Shown: positions 1 through 9,141 of the stretch, in pieces
Layout of the letters: each line of letters begins with the position of its first letter
How positions within the stretch are numbered: the stretch's first letter is position 1
Source of the DNA: Candidatus Kapaibacterium sp.
GTDB taxonomy: Bacteria; Bacteroidota; Ignavibacteria; Kapaibacteriales; Kapaibacteriaceae
Length of the DNA stretch: 64,000 nt
Reading direction: 5' to 3'
Assembly: GCA_018882585.1 (NCBI GenBank)
Contig: VFFB01000004.1
Span: 5,175-69,174, forward strand
The notes under the pieces: model-generated
Seen by the model: the letters and a program-made list of their open reading frames with translations, nothing else
What the model was told of the DNA's origin: nothing
Databases searched by the model: none
Position numbers and translations under genes: made by a program

Positions 1-1
1 C

Positions 2-376
2 GATGCAGGCAAGGGACTTGTAATGCTTGGAGACGGATCTGGCGGGTTCAAGCCGATCGCTGCTGCAGAGAGCGGCTTGGGAATCGATGCCGATACGCGT
101 TCCATGGTTTGCGTCGGTTCCGTTGCCGAGGGTACCAGGCATCTTGTGGTCTTTGCAAACCAAGACGCTGCATACCTTTACAAGTTCCGGGGCCAAGGAA
201 CCATCGTGCCTGCGAAAACCGGAGGCACACTGACCATGCAGAACGGAAAGACCCGAAAGTTCGAAGGCACCTACGGAGGCGGTTACCTGTCGGACCAACC
301 TCGATGGATCTTCAAGACAAATGCTGTCCGAAGTGTAAATGCTGCCGCAGGTATTCCTGTCACCGGTGGAAAATGA
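2..376 (+). CDS. 3' end of a secreted repeat protein (ASPIC/UnbV-like C-terminal domain); 5' end lies upstream of the window
   Basis: The frame is open from the window edge; the track ORF 23..376 starts at an internal Met. The tail ...KFEGTYGGGYLSDQPRWIF... resembles the G-Y-L-S-Q core of ASPIC/UnbV domains that end FG-GAP/VCBS (CRTAC1-like) proteins. Motif-level recognition only. Confidence 0.4.
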   Translation, partial: DAGKGLVMLGDGSGGFKPIAAAESGLGIDADTRSMVCVGSVAEGTRHLVVFANQDAAYLYKFRGQGTIVPAKTGGTLTMQNGKTRKFEGTYGGGYLSDQPRWIFKTNAVRSVNAAAGIPVTGGK

Positions 377-579
377 TCCGTTTACTTTTCGGTTGACATG
401 AATCTTGCGATTCAGTAGTTTGTCGCTCCAACCTAGGCATTAGGATGCGACCCTTGCATCCAAATGGGGCTAGCTGTCGGTTGCAGCAATGCGTTTCGCG
501 TTGCCGCTACCGTTGTCGGTTCGGATTCTGAAAACGATCATTTCATAATCAAACGTTTCAAAAAATCTGGAGTGAAACA

Positions 580-3500
580 ATGGTACAACGGTACCTCTTG
601 CCGACAATTGCGCGGGTCGTGGGCCTTCTGGCTCTCGTTGCCGCGTTCTTGGTAACGGATGTATCTGCCCAGTACTGTACACCTACGGTACCGGCAGGTT
701 GGGGCAACTACGGCAGCTTGCAGCGCGTAGTTGTTGGCAGCATGGACTACACCGCACCGCCTTGTGCGAACTGCGTTGAGTTCACCGGCGTGAATGTCGA
801 TCTTCTCCGTCAGGTACCGACAGCGTTCCGCGTCGAGCCGCAAAATGGCTCGACGACGTCGTTCCTTTGTACCATCTTCATCGACATCAACCAGGATGGC
901 GTTTGGCAGAACCCGGCGGAACGTTTCGCTCAGGGCTATGCTACTGCCAACTTTGTGTACACGGGTGTCGACTTTGTCTGGCAGAACAATCCGTTTACGG
1001 GCAACCTCACGTTGCCGTGTACAGCGTTGCTTGGCCAGACGCGCATGCGTGTGAAGATGAACTACTCTGTTGGTGGTGTTACCGGCGACGGACCTTGCGA
1101 TCCGTTCCTTGGCAGCGTCTGGGATTTCAACGCGACCATTGGTGGTGACATTGTCAGCTCGTTCCCGGATGACGTCTCGGACGACGTTGCTCTACTTGAT
1201 AAAATCATGTACGATGGCGTTACGAACGTGAACCGCCCTCGTCTGACGATGCGTGTTGGTTCTTCGGGCCAACGCTTCAATGTTACCTATCGCATTGCCG
1301 GACCGCAACCGCTGACGACGACGGTGTACGAAGGACACACACCCGGTTCACCTGCACAAACGACGTTCACCGTAACGGGCCCGACGGGCGGTACGTATCC
1401 GCGTACATTCACCTTTGACATTCCCGCCGCCAAAGGTTCGCTTGCCCTTCCCGACGGATCGTTGGACGCACGTAACGCACTTGGTGGCGAGTATCAGTTG
1501 TTGGTAACGGCGCAAAGCACCGCTGGCTGCTTCAGCGAGTGGTACAAGTCGTTCAACATCGCCGAGCAGCGTGATATGTCGGCTCGGCAGATCCGCTCGC
1601 CGCGCGACAACAATCCGCCCTCGCGATTCAAGTATCCGAACACGGTTGGTATTCCCGTGGAAGGCATCTTCCAGAACACGGGTAAGCTGAATGTCGAAGA
1701 GTTCAACGCAATTGCCGAGATCACGGCACCTGACGGTACGATCTCGTATCGTGACACTGTCAATCTTGTCGAAACGCTGCTGCCTCGCCAACGTTCCACC
1801 GTCACATTCCGGAATTACACGGCTGTCGGCGCTATGGGCCACCAAGTTGGTCTGCACAAGCTAAAGCTCTGCGCTAAGCTGATTAACCCGTTCCCGGATG
1901 ATGCTCCCTTCAATGACTGCTCGCCGCGTGCCGGACAGCTAGACTACGTGTTTGAGGTTGGTTACAACGAAGAAGTTGGCGTGGAGTCGGTAACTGTTCC
2001 CGCACAGAACGCCACGATCATTGCCGGTCGTCCGTTCCGTCCGGAAGGGGTCTTCTTCAATGGAGGTATCCAGGACCTTACAAACGTTCCGGTTCGTCTT
2101 GTGATCAAGAAGCTCCCGCAGGGAACGATCGTCTATAACCGTACTGGCGTCATTCCTGACATCGGTGCCGGTCAGTTCAACAAGGCCATCTGGGTATTCG
2201 ACGCATTCACACCAAACGATGGTGGTGATTATGAGTTCTGCTTCCGCGTGGAATACCCTGGTGATCCGCAACCGAACAACAACGAGATTTGTGTTGTTCG
2301 CTCGGTCATTGGCAACCTGAATGGTACCTATACAATTGGTACGCTGAACGCTGGTAAGCCGAGAAACTTCCCGACGTGGCAGGCCGCACTCGATTCACTG
2401 TACTTCGCAGGCGTTTCAGGTCCGGTTGTATTCGAACTCACAGACCAGAACTACCTCGTCGAGTCGACGACGCTTCCGGCTCCCGCGATCGACCTCTCGT
2501 CGCGCATTCTTGGCATGTCGGCCACGAACAACATCACGTTCAAGCCGAGCCTAGAGCGTTCACTGTCGCGCGCCAGCGTGACCGTTCGCATGCGCTCGGG
2601 AAGTGGCGTTGGTGTGCTCTTCGGACAGAATTCAACGCCGTCGAATCCGAAGGCAATTCAAAACCAGTTGTACTTCTCGACACCGGCAAATGCCAATTCC
2701 GCTGGATACATCACGTTTGATGGTGGCACACAGAAGTCGCTGCGCTTTACGATCGAGCGTTCGGTATCAACGCCGTCGCCGTTCCTGTCGGCATTCTACC
2801 TTGGCACGGGATCCCAGAACATCGTGATCAAGAACCTTCTGATCGAGCACTCGTCATTCGTTACGCCGACCTACGCAACGTCGTTGCCGCTGGCTCGTTA
2901 TAACGGCGGCTCGCAGGAGTTCCGCTTTGATAATAACACGGTGAACACCAACCAGTCGTTCACGGCTGGTATCACAAACCGTGATACGGTTGCGCAGTTC
3001 AACCTTGCTGGCCTCGACACCGTTGTGAACGTCAACAATACGTTCAGTGGCAACGAGATCAGCGGTTTTGGTTACGGCGTCGTGTCGATGGGTCTTGGTG
3101 TACTTATCAAGGCAGGTTTGAACGAATTCCGCCCCTACTACAACACGGGCACAAAGATTGAGAACAACACGATCTACAACGTTCGTCGTGCCGGCATCTG
3201 GGTTGGCTACGAGGACGGTGCAAGTATCGTTGGCAACCGTGTCTATAACGTCGGCGTTGCAGCTACAGGCGGCACCGTCACAGACGCAGCCGGTATCATT
3301 GCCGGTGGCGAGACGCGCTACAACAACATGAACCTGATGATCGCCCGCAACGAAGTGAGCGGCATTCGCGGTAATTCCTGGAGCCGTGGTATCGTGGTCG
3401 AGCAAGTGCGGAATGACTTCACGTCGATCCTCCAAGCCGGCGGTATCATCGCCTTCCCGAACGAGCAGGAACACTCGCGCGTGTTCAGTAACGCTGTATG

Positions 3501-6081
3501 GGGACTTTCACGTGCAGCATCAAATGGCAACATGGCCGGTATCCACCTGCTTACACGTCGCGGCACGTCGGCCGATCCAGTGACGGCATTGCTGACGGCG
3601 AATATCTCGACGTACTTCACGCGCGGTGACACGATTGCTAACAACACCGTCCTTATCAGCGGCGATAACTTCAGCAACGGTACCGGTGCAATCGTTGGTA
3701 TCGGCACGCAGCATGGTAATGGAACGGTTGTCGTCAACAATGCTATTGCCATTACGGCCGCTGCCAACCAGGCAACGCTGACGCAATCAGCTCTGCTCTA
3801 CGAAGGCACGATCTTCCGTGGAACGCAGACGAATACAGACTATCTCCCGACGACGGCCCCCGCTGCACTGGTGTCGAATCGCAATGCATTCTGGACGCCG
3901 AATTCGGGCATCGCCCGCTTCATCGAGATCTCGGATGCAACGGAGATTGTGTCCTCAGGTTCGCAAGATGAGTTCACGACTATCGACCAGTGGCGCAACT
4001 GGACGGCTCAGGACATCAATTCGGTTTATGGCAATTTCACGACTGAACACGTGTTCGGTGGTGTTGCTCCGAAGCAGACTCTTCGCGTGAAGGTTACTCC
4101 GCAGCCGCCGATCGGTTCGATCCTGAACAATCGTGGACAGCGCGTCAACGGCATGACGGTTGATATTGATGGTGGCCTTCGTGGCGAAGCCGGTACCGGC
4201 TTTGACATTGGTGCCGACGAGTTCAACGGCCGTTCGTATGTCAGCGATCTTGACGTGGTAGACATTCTGTCGCCCGCAGCATATCGCCGCACGACTGGCA
4301 CGACGAGCGACGCCGAGTACATCATGACACAAGCTCCGATCGACGTTAAGGCTCGCGTTCGTAACAACGGTGCCTTGTCGCAAACCAATGCCAAGATCCG
4401 CGTTCGGATCTTCATGGAGACGGCTCAGTCGAACAATGCTCCTTCTTCTACGCCGACATTCAATGCCTTCCCGGCAGTCGATCGTACGGTTTCGGCCAAC
4501 TTTGCTTCGGGCGAGATCAAGGATATCCTGTTTGGCATCCGCAACTTCACGCCGCAGACCTACTTTGCTTTGTTCAACTACACGGTTCCTGCACGCTTTG
4601 CTTCTATGACGGCAAACGTGACACCGCTGTACCGCATTGAAGTCTCGGTACCGTCCGACGAATTCACCCCGAACAACACGTACTCGAAGATCGTGCGCTT
4701 CTACCTGGCCAAGTCCAACATGAGGATGGTTGTGTCCGCTCGTGGTTCGTCAACCGACATCACCTCGGGTACGCCGACGACGAATCAGATCGCTGGACGC
4801 TTGAATGCAGACAGCCTGCGTAAGTCGATGGCCGATCTTGGTTGGATCAACGATCCGGCAAGCGGCGAGCAGATGTATGACATCTTCGAGCGCGGTGCTT
4901 GGGAAGATCGTGCTGTGAACTACTCGATGTATCGTACGATGTTCTGGTCGCACGACGAAAGTGCAATGACGCGTACGGAGCGTGACGACATCCGCAACTT
5001 CCTGAATGCAGGTAGCATGGCCGAGAAGAAGAACCTGGCCATCGGTTCGCAGGAGATCCCGCGCCGTCACATCGGTCTGAACATCGCCAATGACGAGATC
5101 TTTGTCCGTAAGCTGCTGCGCGCCCGCAACGTTTCGCCGGGCACGCCGGTACCTCCGCCGACGAATTCCTATCATGGTCGTCGCATCACCGGTACGACGC
5201 TTGCACGTAATTCGTCCGAGACGATCCAGCGTACAGGCTTCCTTGGTGACAACGATCCGGTCCCGGCTTTGATCAGCATCTACTCGGATGCAACCACGAC
5301 CGGTATTGCAAATGCAGCCTACATCTATCGTCGTGGTGACCGCACAACGACGGATTCGATCATGGGTACAGCGGTTGCAGGTCTGAACTCCAACCTGGTG
5401 TACCTTGGCATCGATTGGCGCCACTATGCACGCACTGCAGCCCTCACGGGCGGTGAGCGTGTACTTCGTGGTATCGTCGACTTCTTCTACGCCAACGGTG
5501 GTATCGTTGTTCCGGTCGAGCTGACGTCGTTCGACGCAAAGGCTCGCGGCAGCAATGTTGACGTCTTCTGGTCGACCGCTTCCGAGAAGAACAGCGACCG
5601 CTTCGTCGTTGAGCGCGCAAGCGTGACGGATGCAGGTACGTCGGACTTCGCTCAGGTTTCAACGCTGCCCGCAGCTGGTAACTCGACGGAGCGTCGCGAC
5701 TACCGCATGACAGACGAAAACGTCGCTACGGGTTCCTACCTGTACCGCCTCACGTCGGTCGACAAGGACGGCTCGTCGACGACGTCGACGGAAGTCATGG
5801 TCACGATCGAAGGCGAGCAGTCAGGTCTGTGGATCGGCGAAGTATCGCCGAATCCGGTTGTCAGCGCTGCTTCGGTGACGTTTGGTCAGTCGGTTGCCGG
5901 CGATGTCGAGCTCAAGCTCTTCAGCGTCAGCGGTCAGGAGATCGCCACGATCTTCACCGGCATGCTGAATGGTTCGGAAACGGTCAACATGACAACGGCC
6001 AACATTCCGGCTGGCTCCTATACGCTCGTGCTTCGCTCGGGCGGTATGGTTGCCACGAAGACGGTCACGGTGGTGAAGTAA
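580..6081 (+). CDS. Giant secreted surface protein: N-terminal Cys-containing module, Ig/CARDB-like repeats, central right-handed parallel beta-helix, C-terminal T9SS type-A sorting domain
   Basis: 1833-aa ORF. ATG 580 is followed by a signal peptide (...LVAAFLVTDVSA/QY). Beta-helix repeats are present (NNTIYNVRRAGIWVGYEDGASIVGNRVYNV; ARNEVSGIRGNSWSRGIVV). The last ~85 aa (SPNPVVSAASVTF...LKLFSVSGQEI...IPAGSYTLVLRSGG...KTVTVVK) carry the PNP / hydrophobic-strand / GxY motifs of Por-secretion C-terminal domains. A strong terminator follows. Confidence 0.9.
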   Translation: MVQRYLLPTIARVVGLLALVAAFLVTDVSAQYCTPTVPAGWGNYGSLQRVVVGSMDYTAPPCANCVEFTGVNVDLLRQVPTAFRVEPQNGSTTSFLCTIFIDINQDGVWQNPAERFAQGYATANFVYTGVDFVWQNNPFTGNLTLPCTALLGQTRMRVKMNYSVGGVTGDGPCDPFLGSVWDFNATIGGDIVSSFPDDVSDDVALLDKIMYDGVTNVNRPRLTMRVGSSGQRFNVTYRIAGPQPLTTTVYEGHTPGSPAQTTFTVTGPTGGTYPRTFTFDIPAAKGSLALPDGSLDARNALGGEYQLLVTAQSTAGCFSEWYKSFNIAEQRDMSARQIRSPRDNNPPSRFKYPNTVGIPVEGIFQNTGKLNVEEFNAIAEITAPDGTISYRDTVNLVETLLPRQRSTVTFRNYTAVGAMGHQVGLHKLKLCAKLINPFPDDAPFNDCSPRAGQLDYVFEVGYNEEVGVESVTVPAQNATIIAGRPFRPEGVFFNGGIQDLTNVPVRLVIKKLPQGTIVYNRTGVIPDIGAGQFNKAIWVFDAFTPNDGGDYEFCFRVEYPGDPQPNNNEICVVRSVIGNLNGTYTIGTLNAGKPRNFPTWQAALDSLYFAGVSGPVVFELTDQNYLVESTTLPAPAIDLSSRILGMSATNNITFKPSLERSLSRASVTVRMRSGSGVGVLFGQNSTPSNPKAIQNQLYFSTPANANSAGYITFDGGTQKSLRFTIERSVSTPSPFLSAFYLGTGSQNIVIKNLLIEHSSFVTPTYATSLPLARYNGGSQEFRFDNNTVNTNQSFTAGITNRDTVAQFNLAGLDTVVNVNNTFSGNEISGFGYGVVSMGLGVLIKAGLNEFRPYYNTGTKIENNTIYNVRRAGIWVGYEDGASIVGNRVYNVGVAATGGTVTDAAGIIAGGETRYNNMNLMIARNEVSGIRGNSWSRGIVVEQVRNDFTSILQAGGIIAFPNEQEHSRVFSNAVWGLSRAASNGNMAGIHLLTRRGTSADPVTALLTANISTYFTRGDTIANNTVLISGDNFSNGTGAIVGIGTQHGNGTVVVNNAIAITAAANQATLTQSALLYEGTIFRGTQTNTDYLPTTAPAALVSNRNAFWTPNSGIARFIEISDATEIVSSGSQDEFTTIDQWRNWTAQDINSVYGNFTTEHVFGGVAPKQTLRVKVTPQPPIGSILNNRGQRVNGMTVDIDGGLRGEAGTGFDIGADEFNGRSYVSDLDVVDILSPAAYRRTTGTTSDAEYIMTQAPIDVKARVRNNGALSQTNAKIRVRIFMETAQSNNAPSSTPTFNAFPAVDRTVSANFASGEIKDILFGIRNFTPQTYFALFNYTVPARFASMTANVTPLYRIEVSVPSDEFTPNNTYSKIVRFYLAKSNMRMVVSARGSSTDITSGTPTTNQIAGRLNADSLRKSMADLGWINDPASGEQMYDIFERGAWEDRAVNYSMYRTMFWSHDESAMTRTERDDIRNFLNAGSMAEKKNLAIGSQEIPRRHIGLNIANDEIFVRKLLRARNVSPGTPVPPPTNSYHGRRITGTTLARNSSETIQRTGFLGDNDPVPALISIYSDATTTGIANAAYIYRRGDRTTTDSIMGTAVAGLNSNLVYLGIDWRHYARTAALTGGERVLRGIVDFFYANGGIVVPVELTSFDAKARGSNVDVFWSTASEKNSDRFVVERASVTDAGTSDFAQVSTLPAAGNSTERRDYRMTDENVATGSYLYRLTSVDKDGSSTTSTEVMVTIEGEQSGLWIGEVSPNPVVSAASVTFGQSVAGDVELKLFSVSGQEIATIFTGMLNGSETVNMTTANIPAGSYTLVLRSGGMVATKTVTVVK

Positions 6082-6103
6082 TCCACCGGTTCGTTCGAAT
6101 CCA

Positions 6104-6139
6104 AATCGCCCTCTTACCGAAAGGTGAGAGGGCGATTTT
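6104..6139 (+). terminator. Rho-independent terminator after the giant surface-protein gene
   Basis: AATCGCCCTCTTACC (6104-6118), GAAA loop, GGTGAGAGGGCGATT (6123-6137). This is a 15-bp stem with one G-U pair, running into TTTT. Confidence 0.7.
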
Positions 6140-6166
6140 CGTATCAGCAACTTGGCTCGTTTGATC

Positions 6167-7810
6167 ATGCGTCACCCCCTTGTTCTCGCCGCCATTTCGG
6201 GCCTCGTCCTCGCACTGGCCTTTCCGCCAATGCCCGGCGGACTACTGTCGCTTGTGGGCTACGTGCCGCTACTGTACGTCTGGGCTTGCCATGCCCACGA
6301 TTGGTCCAGACCGAAGTTGTTTGCCATCACCTATGTGACGTTCTTTCTGTTTCACGGCATATCGAACTGGTGGGTTGCCTCGTGGCAGGAGCAGACAGAT
6401 CCATTCTTGATGGCTAGTGGTATCGTTCTGGCCTTTGGTCACCCCGTCTTCCTTGCGCTTCCGTGGTTCGTTCTTGCCTCCATTCGAACACACCTGGGCA
6501 TGCGCGCAATGCTGTGGCTTGCACCGTTCGCCGTCAGCGGCTTTGAGTGGATCCACGGACAATCCGAACTGTCATATCCCTGGCTCACGTCCGGCTACAT
6601 GCTCATCGATACACCGCTTGCTCAAGCGGCCGATCTCGTAGGTGTATATGGCTTGAGCTTTGCCCTATTGAGCGTGAATGCAGCAATTGCGGCACTTGTC
6701 ATCCACGGCGTATCAACACGTCGGCGCACGGCTGCCATGGTGGCCGCCATCCTCGGCGTATGGTTCGCGTATGGGCTCATCCGTGCAAATGCCGTTGGTG
6801 TCGCTCATACTGATGGATCCGCAACGATTCGTGTTGGTCTGGTGCAGCCAAATGAGAATCCGTGGGATAAATGGTCCGATCCTCGGCAGCAGGTACAGCG
6901 GCACCGGCAGTTGGTAGACTCCGCTCGCATGGCATCGCGGCGTGCTGTCGATGTCTACGTATGGAGCGAGACAGCAATCCCGTATCCCATGCAACGGCCC
7001 GAATATGCGATCGACTGGCAATCCTTCCGACGCTGGGTCGATACCTCCAACGTGAGCGTTCTGACAGGATATAGCGACCTCATGGCCTATCCACCGGGTA
7101 TGGCGCCGGCATCGGCGCGTACCTCCCGTGTCGACCCCTCCGTCCGCTACGATGCCTTCAACTCGGCCATCATCATCTCGCCCTACGCAGCTGATGTGCC
7201 GATTCATCGGAAGACAAATCTGACACCGTTCGGAGAACGACTGCCATTCGCCGATCAATTCACCTTCGCCATGGAATGGATCAAATGGGGCGTCGGCATC
7301 TCGGCCTGGGGCGTTGGCCGCGAGCGAAGACCATTGCCCCTTCGCCTAGCAGGACGAGATTCGGCCTATGTTGGCGTGATCATCTGCATCGAATCCATCT
7401 ATCCCGAAACATCGCGCGACCAGGTTCGCAACGGTGCTGACGTGCTCTGCGTCATCACCAACGACGCATGGTATAACGGAACACCGGGGCCGCGTCAGCA
7501 TTACGACATCGCCCGCATGCGGGCAATTGAGTTGCGGCGTGACATCGTGCGTGTCGGAAACTCCGGCGTCAGCGGAATCATCACGGCCGACGGACAAAGC
7601 CGGTATGAGATCAACCCCATGACGTCCACCGTCGGTATTGCATCGGTCAATGTCCGACACGATCGCACCATCTATGCCGCTGTCGGCGACATCATTCCTC
7701 CGCTTGGTGCGCTACTCTCCATCCTGCTCTGGCTGGCAACAAGATTTCCTGCGCTTCTTCGTAACATGCGCATTCGTACGTACGAACAATCAACGGACAC
7801 CACACCATGA
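6167..7810 (+). CDS. lnt: Apolipoprotein N-acyltransferase
   Basis: 547 aa from ATG 6167; the track ORF begins at TTG 6152. It has a polytopic N-terminal membrane part (LAAISGLVLALAFPP...) and a C-terminal CN-hydrolase domain with Lnt-type motifs (VGLVQPN, VWSETA, ICIESIYPE). Confidence 0.85.
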   Translation: MRHPLVLAAISGLVLALAFPPMPGGLLSLVGYVPLLYVWACHAHDWSRPKLFAITYVTFFLFHGISNWWVASWQEQTDPFLMASGIVLAFGHPVFLALPWFVLASIRTHLGMRAMLWLAPFAVSGFEWIHGQSELSYPWLTSGYMLIDTPLAQAADLVGVYGLSFALLSVNAAIAALVIHGVSTRRRTAAMVAAILGVWFAYGLIRANAVGVAHTDGSATIRVGLVQPNENPWDKWSDPRQQVQRHRQLVDSARMASRRAVDVYVWSETAIPYPMQRPEYAIDWQSFRRWVDTSNVSVLTGYSDLMAYPPGMAPASARTSRVDPSVRYDAFNSAIIISPYAADVPIHRKTNLTPFGERLPFADQFTFAMEWIKWGVGISAWGVGRERRPLPLRLAGRDSAYVGVIICIESIYPETSRDQVRNGADVLCVITNDAWYNGTPGPRQHYDIARMRAIELRRDIVRVGNSGVSGIITADGQSRYEINPMTSTVGIASVNVRHDRTIYAAVGDIIPPLGALLSILLWLATRFPALLRNMRIRTYEQSTDTTP

Positions 7811-9138
7811 CCCTCGTAAGATCTGTGCTTAAGGTCCTTGCCGCTACGATCACCGTGGCAACGGCCGTGCAAGCCCAGTACAATCCCATCCAGTTCAAGG
7901 AGTACGACCTGGCCAACGGACTCCACGTCATCCTGCACCAGGACCTCTCGGCACCGGTCGTGGCCACCGTGCTGCACTACAAGGTTGGATCCCGTGATGA
8001 AGACCCGCGACGCACTGGTTTTGCCCACTTCTTCGAGCATTTGATGTTCGAGGCAACGGACAACATCACGCGGGCTACCATCGACAAAATGATCAATGGG
8101 GCAGGGGGGCAGCTGAATGCCTTTACCAGTACGGATCAGACGGTGTATCACTTTGTTGTGCCGTCCAACCAAGTGCGCCTTGCGCTGTGGATCGAAGCGC
8201 AGCGCATGCGCAAGCTCCACGTCGACGCCATCGGCGTCGAGACCCAGCGCGGCGTCGTCAAGGAAGAGCGTCGCAACCGCTACGAGAATGCGCCGTACGG
8301 CAGCCGCCTCGAAAAGACCATGAAGAACATGTTTGCCGGAACTCCGTACGAGTGGACGCCGATCGGATCGGCCCAGCATATCGACAGCGCGGCCATTCCA
8401 GAGTTCAAGGCCTTCTATGATACCTTCTACCAGCCCAATAACGCCGTGCTGGTCGTAAGCGGTGACTTTGACGAGAAGGTCGTACGAGAGACCATCGATG
8501 CCTACTTCGGAGGCTACACGCGTGCTCCCGAGCCGCCGCGGCCGGCCTTCGCCGGCTTGCAGCCGATGACGCAGGAAGTGCGCGAGACCATCAACGACAC
8601 CAAGGCGCAGCTGCCATTACTGCAGATCGCCTATCGCGGTGTGGGCATGCTTGATGATGATGCGCCTGCAGCAACGTTGCTTACGCGCATTCTTTCGTCG
8701 GGCGAGAGCTCACGTCTGCAAAAATCCCTTGTCGACAGCGAACGCGTCGCCGTCCAGGCAGCAAGCTTCATGATGGCCAACGAATACGGCGGCACGATGT
8801 TCGTGCTTGGCGTTGCCTCGCCCGGCAAGGGCGTAGATGCCATCGAAGCCTCGATCAACCGCGAACTGCGTCGCGTGATCGACGAAGGTGTATCGCAGGC
8901 AGAACTCACCAAAGCGAAGAACATCTTCGAAACACAGTTCGTGAACGGCCGCATGGGCGTCTACGAAAAAGCCCTCGGTCTGGCCAATGCGTACCGCTTC
9001 TACGGCGATACCAAGGCGATCAATGCCGAGCTTGACAAGTACCTGAAGGTAACGGCCGACGACATCCGACGCGTGGCGAAGCGCATCTTTGATACCAACG
9101 GCCGCGTTGTTCTCACCTACTTGCCCTCGAAAGGTTAA
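7807..9138 (+). CDS. M16 (pitrilysin/insulinase) family zinc peptidase, catalytic subunit
   Basis: Signal peptide present. It carries the inverted zinc motif HxxEH in GFAHFFEHLMFEAT. The start overlaps the lnt stop (ATGA). Confidence 0.9.
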   Translation: MTLVRSVLKVLAATITVATAVQAQYNPIQFKEYDLANGLHVILHQDLSAPVVATVLHYKVGSRDEDPRRTGFAHFFEHLMFEATDNITRATIDKMINGAGGQLNAFTSTDQTVYHFVVPSNQVRLALWIEAQRMRKLHVDAIGVETQRGVVKEERRNRYENAPYGSRLEKTMKNMFAGTPYEWTPIGSAQHIDSAAIPEFKAFYDTFYQPNNAVLVVSGDFDEKVVRETIDAYFGGYTRAPEPPRPAFAGLQPMTQEVRETINDTKAQLPLLQIAYRGVGMLDDDAPAATLLTRILSSGESSRLQKSLVDSERVAVQAASFMMANEYGGTMFVLGVASPGKGVDAIEASINRELRRVIDEGVSQAELTKAKNIFETQFVNGRMGVYEKALGLANAYRFYGDTKAINAELDKYLKVTADDIRRVAKRIFDTNGRVVLTYLPSKG

Positions 9139-9141
9139 GCC

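Noticed and set aside
6088-6102. GGTTCGTTCGAATCC, reminiscent of a tRNA T-arm (GGTTCGAATCC), considered as a tRNA fragment or att site
   Set aside because: No acceptor, D or anticodon arms can be drawn. The sequence directly follows a stop codon and precedes an ordinary terminator hairpin. No integrase is nearby.
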